Shown in pieces: positions 46,536 to 54,862 of a stretch of 57,274 bases of DNA. This DNA is from an uncultured Clostridia bacterium (GTDB lineage Bacteria > Bacillota > Clostridia > Christensenellales > UBA1242). Below the pieces are notes generated by a model that searched no databases, had not been told where the DNA came from, and was given only the letters and a program-made list of their open reading frames with translations. The DNA lies in the NCBI GenBank assembly GCA_947624105.1, contig CANQIX010000003.1, forward strand, positions 1 through 57,274, read 5' to 3'. The position numbers and the translations under genes are program-made. Every line of letters starts with the position of its first letter. The first letter of the stretch is position 1.

Positions 46536-48616
46536 TGAACAAAAGAGAGCGAATATTAGAGTTAGTCGCTAAAAATAGTTTGGTCTATAATAATGTAGAC
46601 AAACTTTTTTTATTTCTGTCAACTGCTCTTGACACCTCTGTCGAGGAAGTTAAGCAGATCTTTTATCAACTCGTTGGAAACGGCGATATATATGAACTTA
46701 GAAAGAACAAGTTTATCGTCATTCCATCGTGCGGACACGTTAAGGGAGAGTATTGCGGCTCTGCAAAGGGCTTCGGCTTTGTTAAGGTAAGAGGATACGA
46801 AGACGACATCTTCATTCCTGCAAACAAAACTATGAACGCGATTGACGGAGAAAAAGTTATCGTCAATGTGCTTTCTCACACCAGCGAGGGCTCTTCTGGT
46901 GAGGTTGTTTCTATCTATCAACCACTTCAAAACATTGTTGGGCTTGTTAAGATAGTTGCAAATAACTTCTTCCTTGACCCAGACAATAAACATATAAACG
47001 AGGATTTTCCAATTGTAAAAACCGGCTTGAAACTGAAAAAAGATATGAAGGTTCTTGCAAAGGTTATAAGAACGGAAAAGGGCAAAGTTAAATGCGTTGT
47101 TGACGAAATTTTGGGAATGAATGACGACATAAAGACATTGGAACTTTCTATCATTCGTGAATATAACGTGTTTGAAAACTTCCCAGATGTCGTTTTGCAG
47201 GCGGAAAAAAGTGTTCCAAAGACAGTTAGTGCAAAGCAGAAAAAGGGCAGACTTGATCTAACAAATGAAGTTATATTTACTATTGACGGAGCAGATGCAA
47301 AGGACTTAGATGATGCTATTTCCATCAAAAAACAAGGCGAATTTTATGAGGTTGGCGTTCATATTGCCGATGTTGGAGAGTATGTAAAGCGCGATTCTGT
47401 CATCGACGAAGAGGCTTACAGAAGAGGCACAAGTGTATATTTTCCTACCTCTGTTATTCCAATGCTTCCAGTTGCGCTTTCTAACGGGATATGTTCGCTT
47501 AACGAGGGCGTTGAACGTCTTACACTTTCGTGCATTATGAAACTCGACAAAGATGCAAATGTTGTCGACTATAAGATTTGCGAAAGCGTAATCAAAAGCA
47601 AAGCAAGGCTTACTTATAAAGAAGTTTATGCCGCATTAAACGGCGAATTAAATGAAAAAACTAAAGATTTGGTATCACATTTCAAACTTATGAGAGAAGT
47701 TTGTGATGTTCTAGAGCAGAAACAAGCGGAAAGAGGGGCGCTCGACCTTGAAATTCCAGAAGTTCAATTTGTGTTTGACGAAAACGGAATGGCTGTTGAC
47801 CTTACACGAAGAGAACGCAATGAAGCGCACAGACTTATCGAGGATTTTATGGTGCTTGCAAACAGAGTTGTTGCAAAACACTTTAACGACCTTAAGATTC
47901 CTTTTGTTTATCGTGTTCACGAAGCGCCAACCAAAGAAAAAGTATACGCTTTGTGCGACTTCTTGAAGGGGCTTGGCGTAAGATATCCACAAGTTCCAGA
48001 TAAGATTGAACCATCTTATTTTCAAAAGATTCTTGCAGATGTCGAAGATTTAAACAGCAAAGACATCATAAACAAAGTTATCTTAAGAACGATGCAAAAG
48101 GCAAAGTATGCCAACGAAGATTTGGGGCACTTTGGACTTGCGCTTGTTGACTACTGCCACTTCACTTCACCTATTAGGCGTTATCCAGACTTAACGATTC
48201 ACAGAATCATAAAGATGTATTTGCACAATCAAATTGACGATGCAGCAAAGGAAGATTTGGATATATTCACTTTCGATTCTTCGGAGCAATCGAGCGAAAG
48301 AGAAAGAAATGCCGATGTTGCAGAGCGTGAAGTTGACGACTTGTGGAAGGCATACCTTATGAAAGATAGGATTGGTGAAACTTTTGACGCAACCGTTTCT
48401 TCGGTAACAAACTTTGGTATTTTTGTTGCCCTTGAGAACACCTGTGAGGGCTTAGTTCGCATCGAATCGCTTCCACTTGACACCTACATATTCTTTGAAA
48501 AACAACTTCAACTTAAAGGTGCAAGCCACATATACGCGATAGGCGATAAGGTTAAAGTTGAACTTATGAATGTAAATCTTTACAGCAGAGAGATAGATTT
48601 TAAGGTTGTTGAATAA
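46535..48616 (+). CDS. rnr: Ribonuclease R
   Basis: KGFGF cold-shock domain, TIDGADAKDLDDA, HFTSPIRRYPDL, C-terminal S1. Confidence 0.96.
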   Translation: MNKRERILELVAKNSLVYNNVDKLFLFLSTALDTSVEEVKQIFYQLVGNGDIYELRKNKFIVIPSCGHVKGEYCGSAKGFGFVKVRGYEDDIFIPANKTMNAIDGEKVIVNVLSHTSEGSSGEVVSIYQPLQNIVGLVKIVANNFFLDPDNKHINEDFPIVKTGLKLKKDMKVLAKVIRTEKGKVKCVVDEILGMNDDIKTLELSIIREYNVFENFPDVVLQAEKSVPKTVSAKQKKGRLDLTNEVIFTIDGADAKDLDDAISIKKQGEFYEVGVHIADVGEYVKRDSVIDEEAYRRGTSVYFPTSVIPMLPVALSNGICSLNEGVERLTLSCIMKLDKDANVVDYKICESVIKSKARLTYKEVYAALNGELNEKTKDLVSHFKLMREVCDVLEQKQAERGALDLEIPEVQFVFDENGMAVDLTRRERNEAHRLIEDFMVLANRVVAKHFNDLKIPFVYRVHEAPTKEKVYALCDFLKGLGVRYPQVPDKIEPSYFQKILADVEDLNSKDIINKVILRTMQKAKYANEDLGHFGLALVDYCHFTSPIRRYPDLTIHRIIKMYLHNQIDDAAKEDLDIFTFDSSEQSSERERNADVAEREVDDLWKAYLMKDRIGETFDATVSSVTNFGIFVALENTCEGLVRIESLPLDTYIFFEKQLQLKGASHIYAIGDKVKVELMNVNLYSREIDFKVVE

Positions 48617-48619
48617 TGT

Positions 48620-48648
48620 AAACTGGCAGAGCAATCTGTCAGTTTTTT
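48620..48648 (+). terminator. Intrinsic terminator after rnr
   Basis: aaactggcaga-gcaa-tctgtcagtttttt. Confidence 0.75.
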
Positions 48649-48700
48649 ATTAAAATGACGGGTAAAAGCGCGGAAATAGTGTAAAAATAGATACACTTTC

Positions 48701-48729
48701 TTGATTTTTGCCAGGGTCTGTGATATACT
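48701..48729 (+). promoter_or_regulatory. Sigma-A promoter of smpB-ssrA
   Basis: TTGATT-17 bp-(TGa)TATACT. Confidence 0.75.
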
Positions 48730-48749
48730 AAATATGAGGAGATGGAAGA

Positions 48750-49205
48750 GTGGAAATCAAGGCAAACAACAAAAAAGCGTATTTTAATTATTTCATTTCC
48801 GATTGTGTAGAGGCTGGTATCGAACTTAAAGGCAGCGAAGTGAAGTCGGTAAGAGCGGGCGGCGTAAGCATTTTGGATAGTTTTGTCGACATAAAAAACG
48901 GCGAGATGTATCTTAAAAATGCCTATATAAAACCTTACGAAAAGACAACAGCGTTTAAGGTTGAAGAGCGCCGAAACAGAAAACTTTTACTTCACAAAGA
49001 GCAAATTTTGAAGTTTGAACGTGCCACAAAGGAAAAGGGGCTTACCATTGTTCCAACAAAAGTCTATATAAACAAGGCAGGAAAAGTTAAGGTTGAAGTT
49101 GGACTTGCAAGAGGTAAAAAGTTGTATGATAAGCGCCAAACCCTTAAGGATAGACAAGTGAAACGAGATATCGAGCGCTATCCAATCCGTCATGGGGGTG
49201 ATTAA
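48750..49205 (+). CDS. smpB: SsrA-binding protein; stop codon inside tmRNA
   Basis: NKKAYFNY, EAGIELKGSEVKS, RKLLLHK, GKKLYDKR; GTG start behind GAGGAG. Confidence 0.96.
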   Translation: MEIKANNKKAYFNYFISDCVEAGIELKGSEVKSVRAGGVSILDSFVDIKNGEMYLKNAYIKPYEKTTAFKVEERRNRKLLLHKEQILKFERATKEKGLTIVPTKVYINKAGKVKVEVGLARGKKLYDKRQTLKDRQVKRDIERYPIRHGGD

Positions 49206-49588
49206 GTTTCGACACAGTTAATTTCGCAAAACACAAAGCATGTGGCGTCTTTCGCCTAAAACAAGAAAACAAATAAACGCAGAAGAAAATTCTAATGCAA
49301 CAACTCTTGCTTATGCTTATGCTTATGCTGCCTAAGTTAGGAGTTACTTGCGCCTGATTAGAGCATATCTAATCCATCGTCATTTTGGTATGCCTACAAA
49401 ATGTTAGGTGTCAGACTAGGCAAAAATTTTATGCAAAGTTGTCCTTGTATGCGTAAAAAATTTTAAGGAATTGTTTTAGAAGTTTGTTTGCGGACCACTC
49501 TAAAATGAAACAAAAACACAAACTAAACATGTAGAAAAGTTTTGTTAAGTAACTATGGACTCGGGAGCGTAACCCGACACCTCCACCA
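49194..49588 (+). ncRNA. ssrA: tmRNA
   Basis: 5' GGGGGTG...TTCGAC; 3' CACCTCCACCA giving an acceptor stem with G3:U; tag frame 49279-49335 AEENSNATTLAYAYAYAA*. Confidence 0.93.
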
Positions 49589-49621
49589 AAAAAGAACCAC
49601 AAAATTGTGGCTCTTTTTTTT
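49589..49621. terminator. tmRNA terminator (bidirectional form)
   Basis: aaaaagaaccaca-aaat-tgtggctctttttt. Confidence 0.75.
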
Positions 49622-49659
49622 ATAGAATATATAGTTTGAATCTTGCATATTATATATAG

Positions 49660-49720
49660 AAAAAAGAATACCACGGGTTATTATTACTGCCCCGTGGCAA
49701 AAGAAATATTTTTCTTTAAT
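49660..49720 (-). ncRNA. Candidate ~60-nt small RNA
   Basis: Lies between a near-consensus minus-strand promoter and a CCACGGG/CCCGTGG hairpin plus U tract; no ORF. Confidence 0.4.
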
Positions 49721-49726
49721 ACAATT

Positions 49727-49755
49727 ATTATATATTAAAGAGATCAAAAAGTCAA
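49727..49755 (-). promoter_or_regulatory. Orphan sigma-A promoter
   Basis: TTGACT-17 bp-TATAAT on the minus strand. Confidence 0.7.
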
Positions 49756-49960
49756 TCTGTTTCGGCAAAAAACATTTGCATCGGCGAGCGTAAAGAGGAG
49801 GCAAAGTTTGTTAAAAACACCTCAAAATTTTAACTTCTTTAAGAAGTTTTGGTGAGAGGGCAATTTAGCAAATTTGGGCAAAAATCGCAAAAAATCACTA
49901 AAAAATCGCAAAAAAACTCAAAAAAAGTTAAAAAAATTGCAATTTTTTAAAAATTTGCTA

Positions 49961-49989
49961 TTGACTTATAGGGAGTAGTGTGTTAAAAT
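49961..49989 (+). promoter_or_regulatory. Sigma-A promoter with upstream phased A-tracts
   Basis: TTGACT-17 bp-(TGt)TAAAAT; A5-7 tracts about every 10-11 bp at 49880-49936. Confidence 0.75.
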
Positions 49990-50045
49990 ACAAGCGATGT
50001 AAATCTTGATACAAGATTAAAAAATTATTAAAGGAAGGTGGGTAT

Positions 50046-51152
50046 ATGAAAGGAATGCTTTTAGACGCTATTGGATTTGACTCTGTTATTTTGCAAATCT
50101 GCATCATTCTTGGAGTTGTAATTGCAGCAAGTTTGATCATCTATTTTATCTGGGAAGGTATCGCTGTTGCACTTGCAAAGAAGAAGGCAGCGCAAAAACA
50201 AGATGTTGCTCCAGTTGCTGCTAAGGAAGAAGACTCTGAAGAACTTCAACACTATTCATTAAACAATGAGGAGGCTGCAGTTGCTGCTGCTCCAGTTGTA
50301 GAAGAAACTACAGTTGTTGAAGAAGAGGAAGACGAAGAAACTAGAGAAGAAAGAGAAACTAGGGAACAACGTGAAGGACTTGAAAGAAGAAGACGTGAAC
50401 TTCTCTCTAGACTCCGTGAAGATGACGTAGAAGATTTGGAAGAAGTTGAAGAACCTGAAGACGTCGAAGAAGAAGTTGAAGAAGAACCACAAGAGATTGA
50501 AGAAGTAGAAGAAGAGGAAGACGAAGATGACGAAGTTATCCCTTCTGCATACGAAGAAGAATACAATCAACTTCAAGAGGAGAGAGAAAATCTCCAAAGA
50601 GAAAAAGAAAAGTATGAACAAATGGCTCAAGAACTTGAACTTGCTAAGGCTAAGTTGCTTGAAAAAGTTCAACCAGCAGAACCAGCCGTTCCAGTTCTTA
50701 CTCTTGATGACCTTAAAGAAAGACTTGCTGATGCACAAGAAAGATTAAAGTTAAACGAAAAAGACTTGAAACTTTGCAAGAAAGATTACATTCCTCTTAA
50801 CAAAGTTTGGAGAACTCACGAAAACGATGAAAAGAAACTTCGTAGAAAAGAGGCTCTTGTTGCTAAGCAAAAAGTTGTTCTTTATGGTGTAAACAACTAT
50901 GCAGACATCGATGAAGAAAAAGCAAAGAAATTAGCAGAAGACTTAGACTTACTTGATGGACTTAAACTTTCTGTTCAACATTGCGAAGAAGTTATGGCTA
51001 AGAACGAAGAAAGATATCCACTTTTGAAACGTATGTATGAATTGCTCACAAGTCAACACGACAGACTTAAAGAAGAAGTGGCAACACTTGAAGCCCAAAT
51101 TGCAAGAATTGAAAACAAAGATTCAAGCGAAGAAGAAGACGAGCAAGAATAA
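50046..51152 (+). CDS. Membrane-anchored acidic coiled-coil protein, unknown function
   Basis: One N-terminal TM, Glu-rich linker, long heptad-like C-terminal region. Confidence 0.8.
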   Translation: MKGMLLDAIGFDSVILQICIILGVVIAASLIIYFIWEGIAVALAKKKAAQKQDVAPVAAKEEDSEELQHYSLNNEEAAVAAAPVVEETTVVEEEEDEETREERETREQREGLERRRRELLSRLREDDVEDLEEVEEPEDVEEEVEEEPQEIEEVEEEEDEDDEVIPSAYEEEYNQLQEERENLQREKEKYEQMAQELELAKAKLLEKVQPAEPAVPVLTLDDLKERLADAQERLKLNEKDLKLCKKDYIPLNKVWRTHENDEKKLRRKEALVAKQKVVLYGVNNYADIDEEKAKKLAEDLDLLDGLKLSVQHCEEVMAKNEERYPLLKRMYELLTSQHDRLKEEVATLEAQIARIENKDSSEEEDEQE

Positions 51153-51153
51153 C

Positions 51154-51183
51154 AAAAGGACCTGCAACTGCAGGTCTTTTTTT
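51154..51183 (+). terminator. Intrinsic terminator
   Basis: gacctgca-ac-tgcaggtc plus T tract. Confidence 0.8.
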
Positions 51184-51323
51184 ATGCAATAAATGAAAGG
51201 TATTTAATAAATAAAGTGATATTATTATATAAAAGAGCGAAAATGTTTTGCAAAAAAAGTTATTTTTGATATACTAATATTTGTGAGAATTGCTCACAAA
51301 TTTATCTTTTCTGTGCGGAGTGA

Positions 51324-52628
51324 ATGATGAAAGAAAAAAAAGAGCACAAGATTTTTAATTTAAGTTCAATATCAATCATTGTATGCGATTGCTTGCAGTC
51401 GATAGTGTCTATCTTTTTCGATTTGTTTGTGGTTGCAAACATTTTGCAATACGACAACAAGCCTGCTTACAACATTATGAACATTGGGTTATTCTATCTT
51501 CTAGAATATGTAACTCTTGCACTTATGTATTTTGGCACGGGCTACTTCCTTAAAAAGCACAACAAAAGCATATTTGTTTCAATCGGCTCTGTGATGCTGA
51601 CGGTTACCGTGCTTGTTGTATATCTACTTGGAAATCATCTATACACATTCTTGCCACTTGTTGGTATGATATATGGAGTCAGTTGGGGATTCTTCTCTTC
51701 TGGATTCTACAACCTCACAACCGAAACAATCTCAAGCAAGCACCAAGTAAGGTTTTTTGCGGCTAAGCGTATCGCTTTCCAACTTACAAGCGTAATCTTC
51801 CCTATCATACTTGGCTATATTGTTGAATACATAAACTTCTCAATTTTGGCACTTATTATGCTTGTTTTGTGCCTTGCACTTATAACATTTTCCTTCCTCA
51901 TTAGACCAAAACAACACTACGAACTCACATTTAACGTCAAAGCCTTTGTTAAATATCTAAAAGAGCACAAAGAGGAAGTTAAACCGCTGAAAAAGATGTA
52001 TGTTGCAATGTTATTCCGTGGGGCAATCTATGACTGCATAGGAACGTTCATTACCATACTTGTTTACACCTCATTGCGCTCAAATGCGATGCTTGGAACA
52101 CTTCAATCGGTGTTTACTGTGCTTTCGCTTGTAACGATGTTCCTATACCTTAAATTCTACCGCAAAAAGAGAGCGAAAGGATTTATTATTCCAATCATCA
52201 CCTTAGTGCCTCTGGCTATTGTTGGAATTGTTGCAACGGCAGGCACAAATGTTGTGTTTATAATACTGTTCTATGCGTTCTATGTTACATTAAACGTCGT
52301 TTTGACATCAATCACAGACAGCAGAAGAAGCAGTGTTATTCGCACACTGTCGCTGCATAAAAACATACTTGAAAGCACCGTTATTATGGAACAATATCTC
52401 GGTGTTGGGCGTTGTGCCGTAACGGGACTTCTTATTTTGTCGGGCTTCCTTGACTCGTTAATGGGAGATAATTCTACACTTTTCCTCCTTATAGCACTTG
52501 CAATCGTGGGAGTTATATACGTTTTGTATGGAATTTCGGTAATACAAATGGAAAAGAGTTTGATAGAGCAAGACAAGGCATTTACTGAGGCTCACGTTGG
52601 CAAGGCCTTTGAAAAGAACGAAGATTAG
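51324..52628 (+). CDS. MFS-like transporter
   Basis: 434 aa, about 12 TM segments in a 6+6 arrangement with a central charged loop. Confidence 0.75.
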   Translation: MMKEKKEHKIFNLSSISIIVCDCLQSIVSIFFDLFVVANILQYDNKPAYNIMNIGLFYLLEYVTLALMYFGTGYFLKKHNKSIFVSIGSVMLTVTVLVVYLLGNHLYTFLPLVGMIYGVSWGFFSSGFYNLTTETISSKHQVRFFAAKRIAFQLTSVIFPIILGYIVEYINFSILALIMLVLCLALITFSFLIRPKQHYELTFNVKAFVKYLKEHKEEVKPLKKMYVAMLFRGAIYDCIGTFITILVYTSLRSNAMLGTLQSVFTVLSLVTMFLYLKFYRKKRAKGFIIPIITLVPLAIVGIVATAGTNVVFIILFYAFYVTLNVVLTSITDSRRSSVIRTLSLHKNILESTVIMEQYLGVGRCAVTGLLILSGFLDSLMGDNSTLFLLIALAIVGVIYVLYGISVIQMEKSLIEQDKAFTEAHVGKAFEKNED

Positions 52629-52667
52629 CGTATCTTCTTGTTTTTAGGCTTAAAAAAGGAGAAAAAG

Positions 52668-53784
52668 ATGGTAGTATTAGATTTACAAAAAGAAAAACTT
52701 AAAGAACTTACAAACGAATTCTATTTCGTTAAGGAGTGTCTTTGACCAAGAAAAATTAGAAAAAGACTTAGAAAATCTTAAAAAAATTCAACTTTCTGAC
52801 GGCTTTTATAACGACCCAAGCGCCGTTTCTAAGGTTGGAAGAGAGATTAAAATATGCGAAAGCAAACTAAACAAAATTAAAGGCTTGAAGGCAGATATAG
52901 ACAATTTGTCGGCAATAATTGAACTTTTGGACGAGGCGGAAGATAAGGCACTTGAAGAGGAACTTGATGCCTCGTTGAAGGAGTTAGAAAACAAACTTGC
53001 AGTTGCAAAACTTGAAACACTGCTCTCTGGAAAGTATGATGGATACAACGCTATCCTCACTCTGCACGCAGGGGCCGGTGGGACGGAGGCGCAAGATTGG
53101 GCGTCTATGCTCTATCGTATGTATTGTATGTATGCTGATAGGCAGGGATTTAAAACAAAGGTGCTTGACATACTCGATGGCGACGAGGCGGGAATCAAAT
53201 CGATTTCGTTCTTGGTTTCTGGCGAAAATGCTTACGGCTATTTAAAGGCAGAAAAAGGGGTGCATAGGCTTGTTAGAATATCGCCATTTGACGCCAATGC
53301 ACGCAGACACACAAGTTTTGCTTCGCTTGAAGTTATGCCAGAAATCGATGAAGCGCCAGATATTGTGATAAGACCGGAAGACTTAAAAATCGACACCTAC
53401 AGAAGTTCGGGCGCAGGCGGACAGCACGTAAACAAAACGGAGAGCGCCGTTAGAATCACCCACATTCCATCTGGAATAATTGTGGCGTGTCAAACAGAGA
53501 GATCGCAACTTCAAAACAAAGAAACTGCAATGAAGATGCTTTATAGTAAACTTGTTGAAAAGCAAGAAACAGAGGAGTTAGAAAAACTTGCCTCAATTCG
53601 CGGAACAATCAAAAAAATAGAATGGGGAAGTCAAATCCGCTCTTATGTGTTCTGCCCTTACACTTTGGTAAAAGACCACAGAACAAACTATGAGAAAACC
53701 GATATTCAAGCGGTTATGGACGGAGATATTCAAGAATTTATCAACGAATATCTAAAACAGATAAATACAACAGTAGGAGAGTAA
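52668..53784 (+). CDS. prfB: Peptide chain release factor 2 with programmed +1 frameshift
   Basis: MVVLDLQ...KECL then AAGGAG-TGT-CTT-TGA-C (52731-52746); the +1 frame continues to the SPF and GGQ motifs; about 371 aa. Confidence 0.96.
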
Positions 53785-53785
53785 G

Positions 53786-54853
53786 ATGTCATATATCGAT
53801 GATGCAAAACGTAAATTTGATGCACTGAAAGACAAGAAAGATGTCATTATTTTATCTATCGAATCGTCTTGCGATGAAACCGCTTGTGCCGTTGTTAAGA
53901 ATGGAAGAGAGGTGCTGTCGAACGTTGTTGCATCACAGATTGAAATCCACAAACTCTACGGCGGAGTTGTGCCAGAAGTTGCATCGCGAAATCATATTTT
54001 GGCAATATCGGAGTGCTACGAAAAGGCATTAAAAGAGGCAAATATCACACAAGATTCTCTTGATGCCATCGCAGTTACCTATGGTGCTGGGCTTATGGGA
54101 GCGCTGCTTGTTGGCATAAATTTTGCAAAAAGTGTTGCGTATGCGCTGAATGTGCCACTTATTGCTGTCAGCCACGTGCACGGACATATAAGTGCAAACT
54201 ACATCTCTCATCAAGACCTCACGCCGCCATTTGTCTGTCTTATGGTAAGTGGTGGACATACTGCACTTTTAAACGTCGAAGATTATTGCAAAATCAAGAT
54301 GATTGGCTCGACTGTTGACGACTCAGTCGGAGAGTGTTTTGACAAGGTTGCAAGGGTGCTTGGATTATCGTATCCGGGAGGTCCAAACATTGACAGACTT
54401 GCAAAATTGGGCAAAAATAACATAAAATTTAACTATCATTTGCCACTTAAAGACACTTTTAACTTCTCATTCAGCGGATTAAAGACGGCGGTTATTAACT
54501 ATGTTCATAACATTCAACAAAAGGGAGAAGAGGTTTGCACTGAAGATGTTGCTTGCTCCTTTCAAGAACTTGTTACAGACGAACTAACTGAAAAGGCAGT
54601 GAAACTTTTGGAGGAAAATAACGCCAAAAAACTCGTCGTTGCAGGAGGAGTTGGAGCAAATTCAAGACTGCGCGAAAAACTTGAGTTGGCATGCAAAAAA
54701 ATTGGCGTAGATGTCTATCTTCCAGTGCTAAAATATTGCACAGACAACGCGGCAATGATAGGCTCTATGGCGTATTATTATATGAAAAATGGAATAGGAC
54801 TTGCAGATTTAACTTTGACTGCAAAGCCTAATGTCGATATCACAATCGGTTAA
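53786..54853 (+). CDS. tsaD: tRNA N6-adenosine threonylcarbamoyltransferase
   Basis: IESSCDET, GGVVPEVASRNH, HVHGH, VSGGHT, CTDNAAMIG. Confidence 0.96.
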   Translation: MSYIDDAKRKFDALKDKKDVIILSIESSCDETACAVVKNGREVLSNVVASQIEIHKLYGGVVPEVASRNHILAISECYEKALKEANITQDSLDAIAVTYGAGLMGALLVGINFAKSVAYALNVPLIAVSHVHGHISANYISHQDLTPPFVCLMVSGGHTALLNVEDYCKIKMIGSTVDDSVGECFDKVARVLGLSYPGGPNIDRLAKLGKNNIKFNYHLPLKDTFNFSFSGLKTAVINYVHNIQQKGEEVCTEDVACSFQELVTDELTEKAVKLLEENNAKKLVVAGGVGANSRLREKLELACKKIGVDVYLPVLKYCTDNAAMIGSMAYYYMKNGIGLADLTLTAKPNVDITIG

Positions 54854-54862
54854 GAGGGGAAT

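Noticed and set aside
48742-48810. Out-of-frame short ORF at the smpB start
   Set aside because: Its ATG abuts the SD with no spacing; the GTG at 48750 has the proper spacing.
49429-49804. Minus-strand ORFs over the tmRNA 3' region
   Set aside because: They overlap tmRNA, terminators and a promoter; no protein-like features.
52668-52884. prfB pseudogene or truncation
   Set aside because: The in-frame TGA is the canonical programmed frameshift site.
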